Of a DNA stretch of 28,213 nt, positions 26,097 through 28,213 are shown in pieces. A program made the translations under genes and the position numbers. The stretch comes from Elusimicrobiota bacterium (lineage in GTDB: Bacteria > Elusimicrobiota > UBA8919), in NCBI GenBank assembly GCA_043816185.1, contig JBDRIG010000055.1, positions 1 through 28,213 of the forward strand, read 5' to 3'. Each line of letters opens with the position of its first letter. Positions within the stretch are counted from its first letter, which is position 1. The notes below the pieces were generated by a model. That model did not search any database, was not told the origin of the DNA, and saw only the letters and a list, made by a program, of their open reading frames with translations.

Positions 26097-26873
26097 ATGA
26101 AGGCACATTTTGGGCAAAATTTCCTTGTTGATAGAAATATAGCAAGGAAAATTGTAAATTCTGCGAATGTTTTAACATCTGACACAATTATCGAAATAGG
26201 TCCTGGACACGGGATACTCACCGACGATCTTAAAAATAAGTCAGACGAAATAATTGCGGTTGAAATTGACAAAAAACTTGTTCTTAAACTTTCCGAAAAA
26301 TATAAAAATCAAAAAAATATAAAAATCATAAACGAAGATTTTCTTAAATACAACCTTCCAGAAAAACAAAAATTAAAATTTATTGGTAATCTACCATATT
26401 GTGTCTCATGTGCAATAATCTTTAAAATTTTGTCACTTTCCAATTGGGATATAGCAGTTTTTATGGTCCAAAAAGAAGTTGCAAAACGGATTAAATCGCA
26501 ATTAAATTCAAGCGACTATGGTGTTTTAGCTATTGCTTGTCAGGTTAAATGTTCTGTTGAAAAAATATTTGATGTACCAAATACTTGCTTTAATCCTATG
26601 CCAAAAGTAACTTCAACAGTTATAAGATTAAAGCGATTAAAAAAACCGCTCATTGAAGAAAATGAAGAAAAAAACTTTTTTAGAATTGTAAAATCATCTT
26701 TTTTGTATAGACGAAAAACAATTTTAAACTCCCTTTCTTTAACATTTCCCGTCGACACATTTCACAAAAAGTTTCTTGAAGAGAAAATAATACAGGCTGG
26801 TATATTACCAAATAGTCGCGCAGGAACAATTTCGATAGATGATTTTATAAGACTATCAAAGATTTTGGTTTGA
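26097..26873 (+). CDS. rsmA: 16S rRNA adenine(1518/1519)-N6-dimethyltransferase
   Basis: GQNFL.D, EIGPG.G.LT, VEID, GNLPY, MVQKEVA.R, F.P.PKV.S and F..RRKT..N.L. Confidence 0.95.
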   Translation: MKAHFGQNFLVDRNIARKIVNSANVLTSDTIIEIGPGHGILTDDLKNKSDEIIAVEIDKKLVLKLSEKYKNQKNIKIINEDFLKYNLPEKQKLKFIGNLPYCVSCAIIFKILSLSNWDIAVFMVQKEVAKRIKSQLNSSDYGVLAIACQVKCSVEKIFDVPNTCFNPMPKVTSTVIRLKRLKKPLIEENEEKNFFRIVKSSFLYRRKTILNSLSLTFPVDTFHKKFLEEKIIQAGILPNSRAGTISIDDFIRLSKILV

Positions 26874-26905
26874 ATTTAAAAAAAGGAAGGATAGTATTTT
26901 GTTGT

Positions 26906-26941
26906 GTCGAATTTTGAACCCATCGTCGAATTTTAAACCCA
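26906..26941. repeat. 17-bp direct repeat x2 (GTCGAATTTTRAACCCA), period 19
   Basis: 26906-26922 GTCGAATTTTGAACCCA and 26925-26941 GTCGAATTTTAAACCCA. Confidence 0.85.
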
Positions 26942-26965
26942 CTTAGTGCTCACCGAAAAATCAAA

Positions 26966-27076
26966 TTTTTGCTTTCGCAGTTTATAGATTTCTTTGGATT
27001 CTTTTTTCAGGTACTGCTTTTCAAGTTTGATTTTTACATCTTCGTTAATGAGACGATGTATAGTCCTGCCTTCTTT
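26966..27076 (-). pseudogene. Fragment of an IS1182-family-like DDE transposase
   Basis: Minus strand reads KEGRTIHRLINEDVKIKLEKQYLKKESKEIYKLRKQK. This matches the GR.I.R...E......K..YK.RK segment that precedes VE..FG.IK in IS1182-family transposases. It has no start codon and breaks off before the VE motif. Recognised from memory, not from a search. Confidence 0.65.
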
Positions 27077-27101
27077 AATTTTTTTAAGTCGTCGGGGCGG
27101 G

Positions 27102-27129
27102 GTAAACCTTTTTTTGTTTGAAGCGTCTA
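27102..27129 (+). promoter_or_regulatory. ECF-type promoter, probably autoregulatory
   Basis: GTAAAC (27102-27107), 16-nt T-rich spacer, CGTCTA (27124-27129). Matches the AAAC-N16-CGT ECF consensus and ends 5 nt upstream of ATG 27135. Confidence 0.75.
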
Positions 27130-27134
27130 ACTAT

Positions 27135-27698
27135 ATGGAAGTGGTAATAAATGATTTTAATGAAATTATAAAGAAACATCAGCAGAAAGTTTATGCGGTT
27201 GTTTTCTCTCTGGTAAGAAATGATGTCGAGACAGATGAGATTGTCCAGCAGACATTTGTGTGTGCGTTCAAGGGACTAAAAAACTTTCGTGGTGATGCAT
27301 CAATTGAAACGTGGATTATTAGAATTGCCTTAAATAATGTTCGATCATATTTTAGGAAAAGAAAATTTTTATCATTTTTTTATCCTTCCATTTCTGAAAT
27401 GACATTAAGAAAGAGTGGGGTTTATGATGCGGACGGAAAAACGGAAGATATTAAAGATGATACACAAAACACTGAAAAAGCCGTGGAAAACGAAGCAGTG
27501 AAAAAAATTATAAATACAGCAATAGATAAATTGCCTTCTCGACAGAAAGAGGTTTTTGTTATGAAACATTTAAACAGTTTTTCCATAACTAAAATTTCAC
27601 AAGTGTTGAACATTGCAGAAGGCAGTGTGAAGGCAAATATTTTCAAGGCGATAAAAAATCTAAAAAAATATTTGGAGGGTTATAATGGGCTGCAATGA
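27135..27698 (+). CDS. ECF-family RNA polymerase sigma-70 factor
   Basis: Region 2 (DEIVQQTF.....L..FRGD....TW..RIA.N) and region 4 (LP.RQKEVF.......S...IS..L.I.EGSVK.....A...LK). Start at ATG 27135. The longer ORF from 26994 is the antisense of the transposase relic. Confidence 0.92.
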   Translation: MEVVINDFNEIIKKHQQKVYAVVFSLVRNDVETDEIVQQTFVCAFKGLKNFRGDASIETWIIRIALNNVRSYFRKRKFLSFFYPSISEMTLRKSGVYDADGKTEDIKDDTQNTEKAVENEAVKKIINTAIDKLPSRQKEVFVMKHLNSFSITKISQVLNIAEGSVKANIFKAIKNLKKYLEGYNGLQ

Positions 27699-28074
27699 AG
27701 TAAAAAAAGAGATATATTTATATATCACTAATGAAATTGATGCCGTGAAAAAATCGGAACTGGAAAAACATCTTTTCGTATGCTCCGTTTGCCGAAATAT
27801 ACACGGTAATTTTGTAAAATTATTGAATGGTATAAATAAAAATCAAATTGAATGCCCGAGAAAAAACTGGGATTATTTTGCAGAAAAAATTTTAGATAGA
27901 ATTTATGAAAAAAAACGATTTGTTTTTTTGAAGCCAGTTGTAGCATTAGTTTTTAGTTTGCTGATTTTTGTTATCAGTTACAGATATTATTACCAAAAAA
28001 ATGTTGTGTTATCTGACACAGAAGAACTTGTTGCGTATCTTTCAGATTTTGATATACCGGAATTGAATCAGTAG
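27685..28074 (+). CDS. Zinc-binding anti-sigma factor (zf-HC2/ZAS) with one TM helix
   Basis: M.C N-terminus, HxxxCxxC (HLFVCSVC), and one hydrophobic segment. Overlaps the sigma gene, with a GGAGG RBS. Confidence 0.88.
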   Translation: MGCNEVKKEIYLYITNEIDAVKKSELEKHLFVCSVCRNIHGNFVKLLNGINKNQIECPRKNWDYFAEKILDRIYEKKRFVFLKPVVALVFSLLIFVISYRYYYQKNVVLSDTEELVAYLSDFDIPELNQ

Positions 28075-28089
28075 TGCTTGTCAACTCAT

Positions 28090-28212
28090 TTAATAATCTA
28101 ACCCTTGGTAAGAAGGAACAGAGTTATTAACAACATAAAGTTCAGGTTCAAAATTTTCCTGAATTTTCTTAGATTTAGAAGTCATTTGAAAAATTTTATC
28201 TAATTTTTTGTC
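28090..28212 (-). CDS. Possible C-terminal end of a convergent gene running off the window edge
   Basis: 40 open codons DKKLDKIFQMTSKSKKIQENFEPELYVVNNSVPSYQGLDY* on the minus strand. No family recognised. Confidence 0.35.
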   Translation of the reverse strand, partial: DKKLDKIFQMTSKSKKIQENFEPELYVVNNSVPSYQGLDY

Positions 28213-28213
28213 T

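Noticed and set aside
12864..26941. CRISPR array from the short direct repeats
   Set aside because: Each repeat has only two adjacent copies, with no unique spacers and no cas genes.
26994..27134. 47-aa N-terminal extension of the ECF sigma ORF
   Set aside because: It is antisense to the transposase relic and spans the ECF promoter. ATG 27135 is the better start.
551..27946. Short minus-strand and alternate-frame ORFs in the track (60-144 aa)
   Set aside because: All are shadows of longer, well-supported + strand genes and show no recognisable motifs.
26910..28155. 11-bp inverted match AATTTTGAACC / GGTTCAAAATT around the sigma/anti-sigma pair
   Set aside because: It is short and AT-rich, does not extend, has no TSD, and is plausibly chance.

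Overview
AT-rich bacterial window (Elusimicrobiota-like by gene style, which is an unverified impression), almost entirely + strand. Bases 1-21746 are a large surface-glycan/glycosylation locus: two AsnB-like amidotransferases, six multi-TM GT-C-fold (ArnT/PMT-like) glycosyltransferases (one fused to TPRs), two GT2 and two GT4 enzymes, a WbpB-like dehydrogenase with a WbpD-like acetyltransferase, a B12-dependent radical SAM enzyme, a WecA/TagO-like PNPT and a UGM-like flavoenzyme. Housekeeping genes follow (acyl-CoA dehydrogenase, GH57 glucanotransferase, HNH nuclease, rsmA, ECF sigma plus anti-sigma). The most unusual signals are small. (i) Two near-identical 117-bp MITEs have 15-bp TIRs and 3-bp TSDs, one nested in a REP-like palindrome, and a decayed IS1182-like transposase fragment lies nearby. 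(ii) Many short palindromes (some with TAAA/TTTA target duplications, reading P...GV) and 7-bp tandem arrays sit in frame inside intact genes, adding or overwriting 7-21 residues. No CRISPR array, rRNA or tRNA was seen.
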